From Schmidtea polychroa (Eukaryota): a stretch of 64,000 bases of DNA. Shown one piece after another: positions 53,922-63,484 of the stretch. Location of the stretch: NCBI GenBank assembly GCA_044892525.1, contig CM097885.1, positions 23,746,001-23,810,000 of the forward strand. Reading direction: 5' to 3'. The translations under genes were made by a program, and so were the position numbers. The notes beneath the pieces are model-generated. The model searched no databases, was not told the DNA's origin, and saw only the letters and a program-made list of their open reading frames with translations. Each line of letters opens with the position of its first letter. Position 1 is the stretch's first letter.

Positions 53922-54560
53922 TCAATTTTGTTTTGAACTTTGTTTATAAACCATGGCACCTTTTGGGTTGAAAATATCTGTTTTTACCCGTATATCATCA
54001 GGACATTGTTGTGTGAAATCGAGAAATATATACCCATGAGGTATTTTCGTAGCATCTTGAAATGCATTGATAAGAAAATTACGGTTATTAGGGTATGCTT
54101 GTCGTCCAAGAAAATCAATGACAGTTGCATCTCTAGGATTCTTGAAAATAACTAGATATTGTACATTTAAATTACGTGTTCGATGTGCCCCACCTTGATG
54201 AAATAAATTTTGTGTTATGAAAATAACTGTTACACCAACATGTCTGCTGATTTTTGTGAATAAATTATTAAAATCCTTTTCTTTATTGGCTTCTTGATAC
54301 AAATCATCGATAATGATTACATCATCTTTCTTCAAACGACTTGACCAGTTTTTATCAAAACCCTTTACTATTTTCATGTTTTTCAATTGACAGAAACTTG
54401 ATTGTGTCAATCCATGTTCTTCATCGGCGCCCCTATGCCAATAAATATTGTTGAATTTTGTTTTGAACAAATTTGATTTTAGTAATTTACAAACAAATAA
54501 TGTTTTTCCGCTACCACTTGGACCAACGATTTGGTATACTGCATCATTTCGTAATTCCAT
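53922..54560 (-). CDS. A32/FtsK-like genome-packaging ATPase, 212 aa
   Basis: Walker A GPSGSGKT, Walker B IIIDD, SRH arginine finger and ITQNLF. Confidence 0.93.
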   Translation of the reverse strand: MELRNDAVYQIVGPSGSGKTLFVCKLLKSNLFKTKFNNIYWHRGADEEHGLTQSSFCQLKNMKIVKGFDKNWSSRLKKDDVIIIDDLYQEANKEKDFNNLFTKISRHVGVTVIFITQNLFHQGGAHRTRNLNVQYLVIFKNPRDATVIDFLGRQAYPNNRNFLINAFQDATKIPHGYIFLDFTQQCPDDIRVKTDIFNPKGAMVYKQSSKQN

Positions 54561-54572
54561 TTTTTAAATTTA

Positions 54573-54639
54573 AACTATATATAATTATTGTTTATATTGA
54601 TAATTTAAATGAACTCCTTTTTAAAATAACTATATATAA
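54573..54639. promoter_or_regulatory. Divergent promoter with two AACTATATATAA boxes
   Basis: Identical 12-mers at 54573-54584 and 54628-54639 in the 107-bp gap between the head-to-head ATPase and TBP-like genes. Confidence 0.55.
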
Positions 54640-54667
54640 CAGAGTTTTTTATAATTATTTCATTAAA

Positions 54668-55132
54668 ATGCTTTCAAATATAAATTACAGGGCAAAAGCT
54701 GATGTATCAAAAATGGTATTTCCAATGGGGAAACCACAACAACTCATCAATAGAAGTAAAAAATATCCAATAATATATTTCAAAACTGGTAAATGTAGAA
54801 TTATGGGGTGTAAGGAAATAATCAAAGCTAGTGAATATAATGTTTATGATTTAGAAATACAATCGATAACCATAACTTCCGATATAGGTTTTTCTTGTAA
54901 TTTAAATAAATTGGCTAAATTAATACCATGCTTTTACGAACCAGAATTATTTCCAGCTTTGAGATATATAAAATATAACCCTATGTGTGTAAATATATTC
55001 GCTAGCGGTAAGATAGTAATTCTTGGAATAAAAAATATTGATTACAAATGTATAGTTGATAATATCATATCTGAAATTAAATCAATAATTGAAGGAAATG
55101 AATTTTTAGATTTTTTATTATCACTTAATTAA
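54668..55132 (+). CDS. Divergent TATA-binding protein (TBP) homologue, 154 aa
   Basis: Repeat 2 FYEPELFPALRY..NPMCVNIFASGKIVILGIK resembles canonical SYEPELFPGLIY..KPKIVLLIFVSGKIVLTGAK. Repeat 1 IYFKTGKCRIMGCK resembles LIFASGKMVVTGAK. Confidence 0.85.
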   Translation: MLSNINYRAKADVSKMVFPMGKPQQLINRSKKYPIIYFKTGKCRIMGCKEIIKASEYNVYDLEIQSITITSDIGFSCNLNKLAKLIPCFYEPELFPALRYIKYNPMCVNIFASGKIVILGIKNIDYKCIVDNIISEIKSIIEGNEFLDFLLSLN

Positions 55133-55253
55133 TTATTTATCATTACAAATTCAATGCAATTGAAATGCATGATTCTGATTGGTCGAAATCTAATTGGCTG
55201 ATGATTATTTATAACAAAATGTTTTCGGTTTAGTTGTCATTTATTCAACAAAA

Positions 55254-55661
55254 ATGTACAACATACAAAGTTCCGCAATCACCTCAATGAAAGAGCATGC
55301 AAATTATGGTAATTTCAAATTTTTATTATTACATTAATATATATATTTTACAGATGAATATCAATCAATTATCCTGCAAAGATTATGCTTCTATTATCCA
55401 GAATTAAATGAAATTCTACAAGATAGAGATAAAGCTATCATTCCGGATTTGGTATACAACCAAACACGAATCTGGATATTTGATATAATAAACACCTTTC
55501 TATGGGATATCAAGATAGGAAGGGGGATGAAAGAAATGAAACCAGAGGCTCCTTGCATTTTCGGATGTAGCTGTTGCAATTTCCGTTATCAACAATATGT
55601 TGAATGGTGTTTGGTGAAGACTCTGAGAAATCACCACTCGAGTCAGATTGTATCAAAATAA
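55254..55661 (+). CDS. Unknown Cys-rich protein, join(55254-55308, 55354-55661), 120 aa
   Basis: A 45-nt GT..TTTTACAG intron contains an in-frame stop. Spliced product MYNIQ..ANYDEYQS..PCIFGCSCCNF. Confidence 0.75.
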
Positions 55662-55793
55662 ATTTTTATGTTGAATTGTTTTGTTTTTGTAAATCGAAAT
55701 AATAGAAATAATAATAATAATAGTAATAGAAATAGTAATAATAATATAAGTAATAATAGTAATAAAAAACAATATTTATAATAAAAACATTAA

Positions 55794-56411
55794 TGCAACA
55801 TTAATGCAAATGACATGCAATTTAAACAAAGACATACAGCAATCTGATTGGTTGATAAACAATAGTCATAGGTATAAAAACCCTGTACCATTTCATTTTA
55901 ATCATAATTCACGATGACAAAGAAAATTTCAAGCACTGAAAAGCCAAAAGTTGTTCCAGAACTTGTAAAACCTGTTCAAATGTTCCACAACTATAAAATG
56001 TATTTTTTAAAAGAAGAAATCAATATGAAATTGGCGTCGCCGATCAAGCTAATTCCAACTAAATTTCAATTCTTATCCGGCACGCTTTCAATGATAGATA
56101 TTAAATCTATTGATGAGGTTTTCAAACGGTTGAATACGAATCTATCTTGTAATCAACATGCCTGGTTCAACAACAGATATGCAAGATTTTATGATTCCTT
56201 TGATGAAATCGGTTTCAAAGAAAACGAAAATTGGTATATAACAATTGCAATCCAAGGATATAAAGTAGATAATAATGATGTGTATTCTCCAATTTGGAAA
56301 ATTATGTCTGCTAGACTTTCACAACTATTTTAATGTTATATTTAATAAATGTATTAGTCATATTTGTTTTTTCTCTTTATTAATTGCAACATTAATGCAA
56401 ATGACATGCAA
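55794..56411 (+). promoter_or_regulatory. Duplicated 27-bp promoter module containing the octamer ATGCAAAT
   Basis: TGCAACATTAATGCAAATGACATGCAA is identical at 55794-55820 and 56385-56411, each upstream of a gene. Confidence 0.7.
55914..56333 (+). CDS. Unknown 139-aa protein (possible OB-fold ssDNA-binding protein)
   Basis: Clean ATG ORF with its own GATTGG+TATAAA promoter and AATAAA. The fold guess is weak. Confidence 0.65.
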   Translation: MTKKISSTEKPKVVPELVKPVQMFHNYKMYFLKEEINMKLASPIKLIPTKFQFLSGTLSMIDIKSIDEVFKRLNTNLSCNQHAWFNNRYARFYDSFDEIGFKENENWYITIAIQGYKVDNNDVYSPIWKIMSARLSQLF

Positions 56412-56460
56412 ATTTAACAAAGAAAATCTATAAACAAACTTATAATATAGTTTTAAAGTG

Positions 56461-56786
56461 ATGAAAATGACTGCAGAAAAAGGTTAACATGATTAATTAA
56501 ATACTGAATTATTTATTATTTAGAATTATTAATCAACTTTTTGTTGGAAAAATTAGCAGAAATATCTGGTGTAAAAATTGAGGATATATTATCTGTTACA
56601 AATGCATTAAATATCGGCTGGGTAGTTGAGAGTCAAGATTCAAGATTTGAAGAAACCGATACTCAAGAAATTGATGACGAAATCTATGAACCTAAAGATA
56701 ATATTACGAATGATTGTATTGATCATGTCGTTGAAAATATAATGAAATGTGGAGATGACGATTGCGAATGTGTTAATAAATTTTAA
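56461..56786 (+). CDS. Unknown acidic protein, join(56461-56482, 56524-56786), 94 aa
   Basis: A 41-nt GT..TTATTTAG intron supplies an ATG in frame: MKMTAEKELLINF..EETDTQEIDDE..KCGDDDCEC. Confidence 0.7.
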
Positions 56787-56830
56787 AATTGAATTATTTT
56801 CATTTAAATATACTATTAAAAACAATAACA

Positions 56831-57359
56831 TTAATTTTTATTCATATATCTACAGAAAATATACATTATAACAACTCCAGTTGTAAGTTTTATAAAGTTT
56901 TTCATTTTTCTTTTGATTTCATCAGTTTCTTTAAAATTGCAGGCCAGTTTATTTAATACACCCCATCCGCCATTGGCTTCTATCCATGGGGTAAACTTGG
57001 ACTTGATTATCTAGAAATGAATATTATTAAAATATAGATTATAAAAGAAATCTTACTTCTAAAGACCACTGATAATAATGTTCTGAGTCATGTTGACCTT
57101 TTGCAATGATTATCTTCATGTAGGTGAATCCTACAATTATCCTTGTCCATTTCATGTCTTCATCGAAAAGACACTGAAATATTCTATTGAAGTAATACTT
57201 CTTGGTTTCCAGGGATTCCATCTCCATCATCTGCTGATAATCGATATGTTCACCTTCAATGATTTGTTCGGTTCGATTGATCAGGAAATTGAGGCTGTCG
57301 ACTATATTCGCGGTGACAATTCCGTTTAGAACATTTTCCATAAAATTTGGTTGCGACAT
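56831..57359 (-). CDS. Bcl-2-family protein, join(57057-57359, 56831-57010), 160 aa
   Basis: BH1-like LFDEDMKWTRIIVGF. A 46-nt GTAAGA..TTCTAG intron brings in BH2 WIEANGGW and the hydrophobic tail LTTGVVIMYIFC followed by RYMNKN. Confidence 0.85.
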
Positions 57360-57809
57360 TTCTAAATTAATTTAAAATATAATGTTTTATTTATACTAAT
57401 ACCATATGATTTTGATTGGTTGATAGACTATAAATGTAAAAGAAAGGTTTTGATTTGATACACCATAAAAACTGTATTGCTAATTATTATTATAACGAGT
57501 GTGTGCTAACACAATACTATAAATTTTATAATATTCGACTATGTTTTTTGTTAACTNNNNNNNNNNNNNNNNNNNNNNNNNNNNNNNNNNNNNNNNNNNN
57601 NNNNNNNNNNNNNNNNNNNNNNNNNNNNNNNNNNNNNNNNNNNNNNNNNNNNNNNNNNNNNNNNNNNNNNNNNNNNNNNNNNNNNNNNNNNNNNNNNNNN
57701 NNNNNNNNNNNNNNNNNNNNNNNNNNNNNNNNNNNNNNNNNNNNNNNNNNNNNNNNNNNNNNNNNNNNNNNNNNNNNNNNNNNNNNNNNNNNNNNNNNNN
57801 NNNNNNNNN

Positions 57810-58501
57810 TAATAATACCCTTGCGAGTTGTTGAGCGCGACCAGTACCCTTGTTAGCAGTATCCCATAGGGGGGACAAAATATTTTGTCGGATAAACTCG
57901 GAGTATATAGATTAATAATATATCGATGAGAACACTAACTTGTTGCGTGTGTGGACATTAATAATATTTTTATACATTGTGTGTGTGACCATAGGGGAAC
58001 AGAATATTTTGTCTGAGTATTGTGTGTAATAATTTTATTTTATTTAACCATCAAAATAAGTTTTTAAAATACCGCAACGTAATATATTTAATAATTAAAA
58101 TTTCAAAATACCGCAACGTAATATATTTTTAAAATACCGCAACGTAATATAAATTTTAAAATACCGCAACGTAATATAAATTTTAAAATACCGCAACGTA
58201 ATATAAATTTTAAAATACCGCAACGTAATATAAATTTTAAAATACCGCAACGTAATATAAATTTTAAAATACCGCAACNNNNNNNNNNNNNNNNNNNNNN
58301 NNNNNNNNNNNNNNNNNNNNNNNNNNNNNNNNNNNNNNNNNNNNNNNNNNNNNNNNNNNNNNNNNNNNNNNNNNNNNNNNNNNNNNNNNNNNNNNNNNNN
58401 NNNNNNNNNNCCGGGGGGTGGGGGGTATGACGTCATATGTCTTTGTGACGTCATCGATGACGTCATATGTCTTTGTTCCCGGGTCCACACAATACCCTAC
58501 T
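57810..58501 (-). repeat. Right terminal inverted repeat (gapped)
   Basis: Mirrors the left TIR, with a 27-bp array at ~58069-58278, a G-tract at 58411-58425 and TGACGTCA sites. Confidence 0.92.
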
Positions 58502-59078
58502 GTGCTCCAATATGATCCGCATCTATAGACAGATATTGATGCGATGATAAAAGAAGGAGAGTTGATGTGAAAAGATCCGATTCCGTACCTCGAGAGATGA
58601 ACTATCGTTCCAGCCAAAACGTATCGGTCATTGTTTAGTATAGACACTGTACAAGACTTTATATGATCTATCGGTGTTAATTCTTGTCGTATGCAATAGA
58701 ATTCGTTGAAAAGGGCCTCGTGTTCTCACATTTTCATACGAAATTATGTAGAAAGGTGTTATTTTCTAAATCCGTCATTATGTCGAAAAACCAAGAATTC
58801 TGAAGTCGTCTCACTGAACCAGAGACAGACCGTGGTTAGAAAGACGAGTAGCGTAGATGTAAGTCCTTCTATCGATATTCAGGAACCCGTACAGCAAATA
58901 TTGTGAATAGTAGTCATAATGCAGGGGCTAACCTGTTCGGAAGTTCCAACCCGAGTGTGCAGCACCAACATGACATATCATCATGGGCACACATGAGGGA
59001 GATCATTGTCAAGTCATGACGGACATTTACTGAATTCGACAGTGAATAAATAACATTCCCCTAAGTCACCAGCAAAAG

Positions 59079-59610
59079 TATCTATCACTCATGGGTTTCG
59101 CCGAATTAGATATTATAAAAGACTGAAATTGTCCATCTTTTCAAATTCTACATCTATGCAGAATTGAATTTTAACATATCCCATTTCGGATATAACAGAA
59201 TTTAATTTAGTTATAAATGGTGCAGGGATAATTAATTTTTTTAAATTTAAAGAAACTATTTCAACAATTATAACCACCATATTGAACAATATTTTCGTCA
59301 TTTGATGAATAAACATCTTCATCATCGGAAATTACGAATAGTTTCGATGGTTGTGGACAAACAGTAACCATTCGTCTTTTATTTAGACTAATAAATGCAA
59401 AAAGATTCTTCTTTGTACAAGAAAATTGATTTAAATGTGCACAGTGTTGACTATAAAAGTCAGAAAAAGTTATATTTTGGAAGCTCTTACAAATGGGACA
59501 TATAAAGAAGGTGACTCGTTTATTCACATGTCGATAGTATTTTTTCATTATTTTATGGCAATTGCGGTCATCATGGACTTTACATTGACAATAATTCGGG
59601 TAAAGATTAC
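59079..59610 (-). pseudogene. polB: N-terminal fragment of the older Polinton polB
   Basis: YPNYC..HDD..C..IMKKYY..CPIC..H..HL.QF and KIQFC..EF..QSFIISNSA align to the intact PolB N-terminus. Confidence 0.8.
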
Positions 59611-59981
59611 CTTAATTATAAAATACCATTAAAATTATTCAAAGGTTTTTTAAATATCATAAAATAAAAGAAATTCGATATATAATTGTAATTATACACA
59701 AAATATTATTATTATTACTAAATAATATTAAAGAAATCTGATTAAATTAATGTTTACACAAAACTTTGCCAATTATTATTATTTATTAGAAGAAATATTT
59801 ACAAAATTTATTACTAAAAATATTTACTAAATTAAAAATTATATTAAATTTCCTTTAAATCATAAAAAGTAATCAATACTTACATTGTAAATTTTCATTT
59901 CGATTTATTGACATATAGACATAATTTTTCTCTTTATTCGTATTACCTAAATTACTAATTATATCCTGCAACAAAGACGAC

Positions 59982-60416
59982 TTGCTCGTATACTGCCAAC
60001 ATTTGGAAAATCTTCACAGTGATTTCATTGAAAGATTCCAGGACATTTTGAAATTGGAAATACCAAACTGGGTGTTAGATCCTTTTTCAAATGTCAACAT
60101 TGCAATATCACCCCAGCTGGAGGAAGAACTTATAGAGCTGACAACGAACGAGGAAATAAAATTCAAATTCAAAAATGGCTACCAACAATTTTGGCTACAA
60201 AAGTCAATTCCGCAGTTGTACCCTGTACGATTTTTGATAGCATTCCCATCGTCATATTTGTGTGAACGTGGATTTAGCGCTGTGACAACGCTGTTTACTA
60301 AAATGAGAAATCATTTGCAAGTTACCAAACGCGGCGACTTACGACTGTTTTTGAGTAAAATCGAACTTGATATCAACAAACTTGTTAAAAATCATCAAAT
60401 TCAACCATCTCATTAG
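59982..60416 (+). pseudogene. C-terminal fragment of a Buster/ZBED5-type hAT transposase
   Basis: ERFQD..WVLDPF..FW..FPSSYLCERGFS..DLRL.LS. Confidence 0.8.
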
Positions 60417-60489
60417 ATTAGTTTAAAAAACAAAATTGATTACCTATCTATACTGTTTCTTTTAATTTGATTAAAATATATTATTAATA

Positions 60490-63115
60490 CAGTGAAGATT
60501 CAGAAAAAGAAACTTCTTTGACACAAAATTCGAAAAAAAGTTTCTTTTTCTGTAAAAAGTTTATTTTTGTGAATTTAGTGTACAATTTTATTTTGTGTGC
60601 AAAAACAACAATTTCTAAGTACATTTTAAAGTAAATATTATTTTATATTTATCACTAAGCAATTAGAAATAGCATATATAACGAAAACAAACTTTTATTG
60701 TAGAAAACACTAGTTCATAATCTTCTTTAAAGTTATTTTGTCTCTGATATTGCGAAGAAACAATATATCAGAATAGGATAAATTAGATTCGGCCCAATTA
60801 AGAGTTACATTTACGCTCCTGAGTACAATGTTAACATCAGGGCTTGAAAAGTCACCACTATTGTCTGCATCATCCATATTAATATTTTCAATTATTTCGC
60901 CCTCGGTAATTAATGATCTTGACATTTCGTTACTTCCTCTTGCCCAATTCAATATCTGCTCGTCATTCATATTATCTCCTGGAACTACATGGTGGTAAAG
61001 TTCTATTAATGGAATTTCATCCTCTTCTAAAAAGTGATTCTGTGGCAAATTAAAAATTATTTCATCAACTGAGCAGAACAGATGCTTAAAACTAGAATTG
61101 ACTGTTTAATATTAACTTCATTCCATGCCTCCACCACCATGTAAACAACTTCTTTCAATGTAACGTGCTTTAATTTTTCGTCTAAATTTTGAATTCAAAT
61201 TTTACTCGTTTTGGAAAGTTTTGGAATTCAAATTTTTGACAATTAATCCAGTTTCATCTGCGTTGTATATTTGCTCAGGTCACAATCCTAGCCGTTGAAT
61301 ATTCGTCTTAAAATTTTCAATAAATGCAGGTACAGCAGAATCATTAGCGGATAATTTTTCTCCACAAATTTTGAGGATTCGAATTGAATGCCGTTTTTTA
61401 AATTTTTGAATCCAACCGTGGCTGCCTGAAAACAAAATGTCAGAGTTCAAATCACGATGAAATTCTAGCGCTTTGATTCTAAGCATATCATCGTTAATTA
61501 TGTTATGCTTGAGTCTCTCATTTAAAAACCACTGATAAAGGGCCTTTTCAATATCTGAAAATTTAACTGTAGAAATTCTCTTAATTTTGTTCGTAGACTG
61601 GATAGAATTCTTTGCAAATTCTTTTATGTTTTCTTTATTATTTCTGATCTTAGAAATTGTACTTTTATTCACACCGTATTGTGCGCAAATATTGTTGGCT
61701 TTGGTACCATCTTCCAATGCAGTCAGGATATTACATTTATTCTCAATTGTTAGTTTCTGTTTTCTTTTATTCATAGCGGGCCTAACAAATGCTATTTTTG
61801 AATATTTAATGTTTAAAATTGAATTTTATAGTACATACTAAATAGCTTCATTAACAGTGCAATACCTCAGGTATAATAAATTTAACGTAAATCAAAAGTT
61901 ATTTGAAAATTTAGCAATGTTAAACATTTACGTTTGTTAGGGATAGGCCCCTGGCCTTAAATTATTTTAGAATCAGTTTTTTATTTTCATGCTAATTTAG
62001 AAATTATTATAAAAGGGATTAACTTTTTTAGGACACGCGAGAAATAATAGTTGTAGCAGCTTGCAGAAAAGGAGTGATTAGCAACAGTCAAAGAGAATTA
62101 TAATTACTTGAGATAGATTAGGCGAAACAATCAGCGTGGAATTATATTTTAGTTATTTAAGAGGAATCCCAGAAAGAATAGAGAGAATATACCAGCTGTG
62201 GTCATAAAAGAAAGCAATTACAATGAGCTTCAAAAATCCATAGGGATTAAATAAGTAATTTCAAATATTTACCAGCCGTTGATTTGAGAAGAATTACTTG
62301 AACACAGCTGTTGTATTAGAGAAAGAAAAGTCAAGATCAAAATACAGCTGTGCTCAATAGACTATAAATGGAAAGCAACATTGTTGGAAATTAGTTGTGA
62401 AATTGGCAGAGCAGAAGAAACTAGAATATTTTAGAAAAGAAAAGGGACGATAAACATTGAGAAGAATTATTTACGAACAGAAACGAGAATATTTAAAAGT
62501 AAAATTTAATTAATTTAATTAAATATAAGGGTGAGTGAGGATAAATTAGTATCCTGTGGAATAGTTAAAATAAAGCGAACGCAAAGTATTGTTCTATTAC
62601 TTTAGTGTTCCCTGGGAGCCTCAAAATCATTCCCTCTTGCTTGCCCAACTCTTTTAGTCATATTGCGATCGTTGTGCTACACAGGAGCCATCGATTTCTT
62701 GCAGACTGTTGACAACAGTAGGGATCAAAGAATCCGTTTTCTTGTATTCTTTGCACATTAATTGTAAAGCAACTTTTTGTAAATTATTGAATACATTTTT
62801 GTAAAAAGTGAAAGAGTTTGTTTTGTTTTTAATTCAGTGATTTGAACTTACACGCGCAACCACATTAAATATAATCTATTTATATTTATTTTTATTTATT
62901 TTTCTTAATTAAATTATTGGAGTCATTTGTGTTAAGATCTGTAGTCCCCGTTTTTCGATCTTAACACGTTAAACAAAATAAACAAAGCAAAATTTTCAAA
63001 AGTTCCTTTTATTGAATCACTTTTTTAATTTGAATCAAAAAAAGTTTCTTTTTACGTTAGTTTCTTTTTGTGAAAAGTTTCTTTTTGCGAAGTTGCCTTT
63101 TGTGAATCGTTACTA
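60490..63115 (-). mobile_element. Degenerate pogo/Tigger element (transposase relic 60710-61774)
   Basis: CENP-B-type HTHs (S.GWIQKFKKRH..CGE), IYNADETG and an internal deletion. Imperfect TIRs CAGTGAAGATTCAG.. and ..GAATCGTTACTA, with TA on the left. Confidence 0.75.
61936..62864 (+). mobile_element. Possible solo-LTR-like insertion inside the pogo element
   Basis: TGTTAGG...ACCACA with LTR-like composition and AATAAA. No TSD found. Confidence 0.3.
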
Positions 63116-63484
63116 TTAAGGTGACCAACTATTTTTTGTTCAAAAAGAGTACACTTTGCAAGTAATTCATAGGTGAAAAAAAGAAGAAAAACTTTATTTT
63201 CTTTTAAAAACATATTTTTCGTCAGAGTGGATTTTTTTTGCTAAATGAGGATGTTCGTCTAATAATAATATTATAAATTTGCATTTTAATTTCTTTCACT
63301 GGTAAAGATTTCTAGTTTAGAATGTAAGTTTAAACACCAGAACCGACTAATATAGCATACTATAACTAAATGAACTAAAGTAATGAAATTGTGGTTTTTA
63401 AGTTTTAGGAGTGTATGAAAAAATTGGGCGCTGAAAAATAATTGATTTTCAAAAGGTGCGGTAAAAGAAATAAGTTTGATAATC

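Larger units (their letters stand above)
42724..58501. mobile_element. Complete Polinton/Maverick (adintovirus-like endogenous virus), ~15.8 kb including gaps
   Basis: AGTAG...CTACT termini, perfect 6-bp TSD GTGCTC (42718-42723, 58502-58507), long TIRs and all core genes present. Confidence 0.97.
42014..58562 (+). pseudogene. Family A gene split by the Polinton insertion (42014-42723 joined to 58508-58562)
   Basis: The tail after the Polinton reads DIDAMIKEGELM*, homologous to VDIDALLAEGETF* at the end of the 5619-6125 copy. Confidence 0.75.
39277..59074 (+). mobile_element. Unclassified ~4.0-kb TG...CA element (39277-42723 plus 58508-59074), interrupted by the Polinton
   Basis: Ends TGTTGGGCT.. 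and ..CACCAGCA, with AAAG on both sides (39273-39276, 59075-59078). Excising it rejoins polB as ..AKPMSD(T)FLDDSIA, allowing a 4-nt GATA duplication. Confidence 0.7.

Noticed and set aside
54473-54667. 65-aa N-terminal extension of the TBP-like ORF
   Set aside because: Non-ATG start overlapping the ATPase and the AT-rich promoter. TBP similarity begins at ATG 54668.
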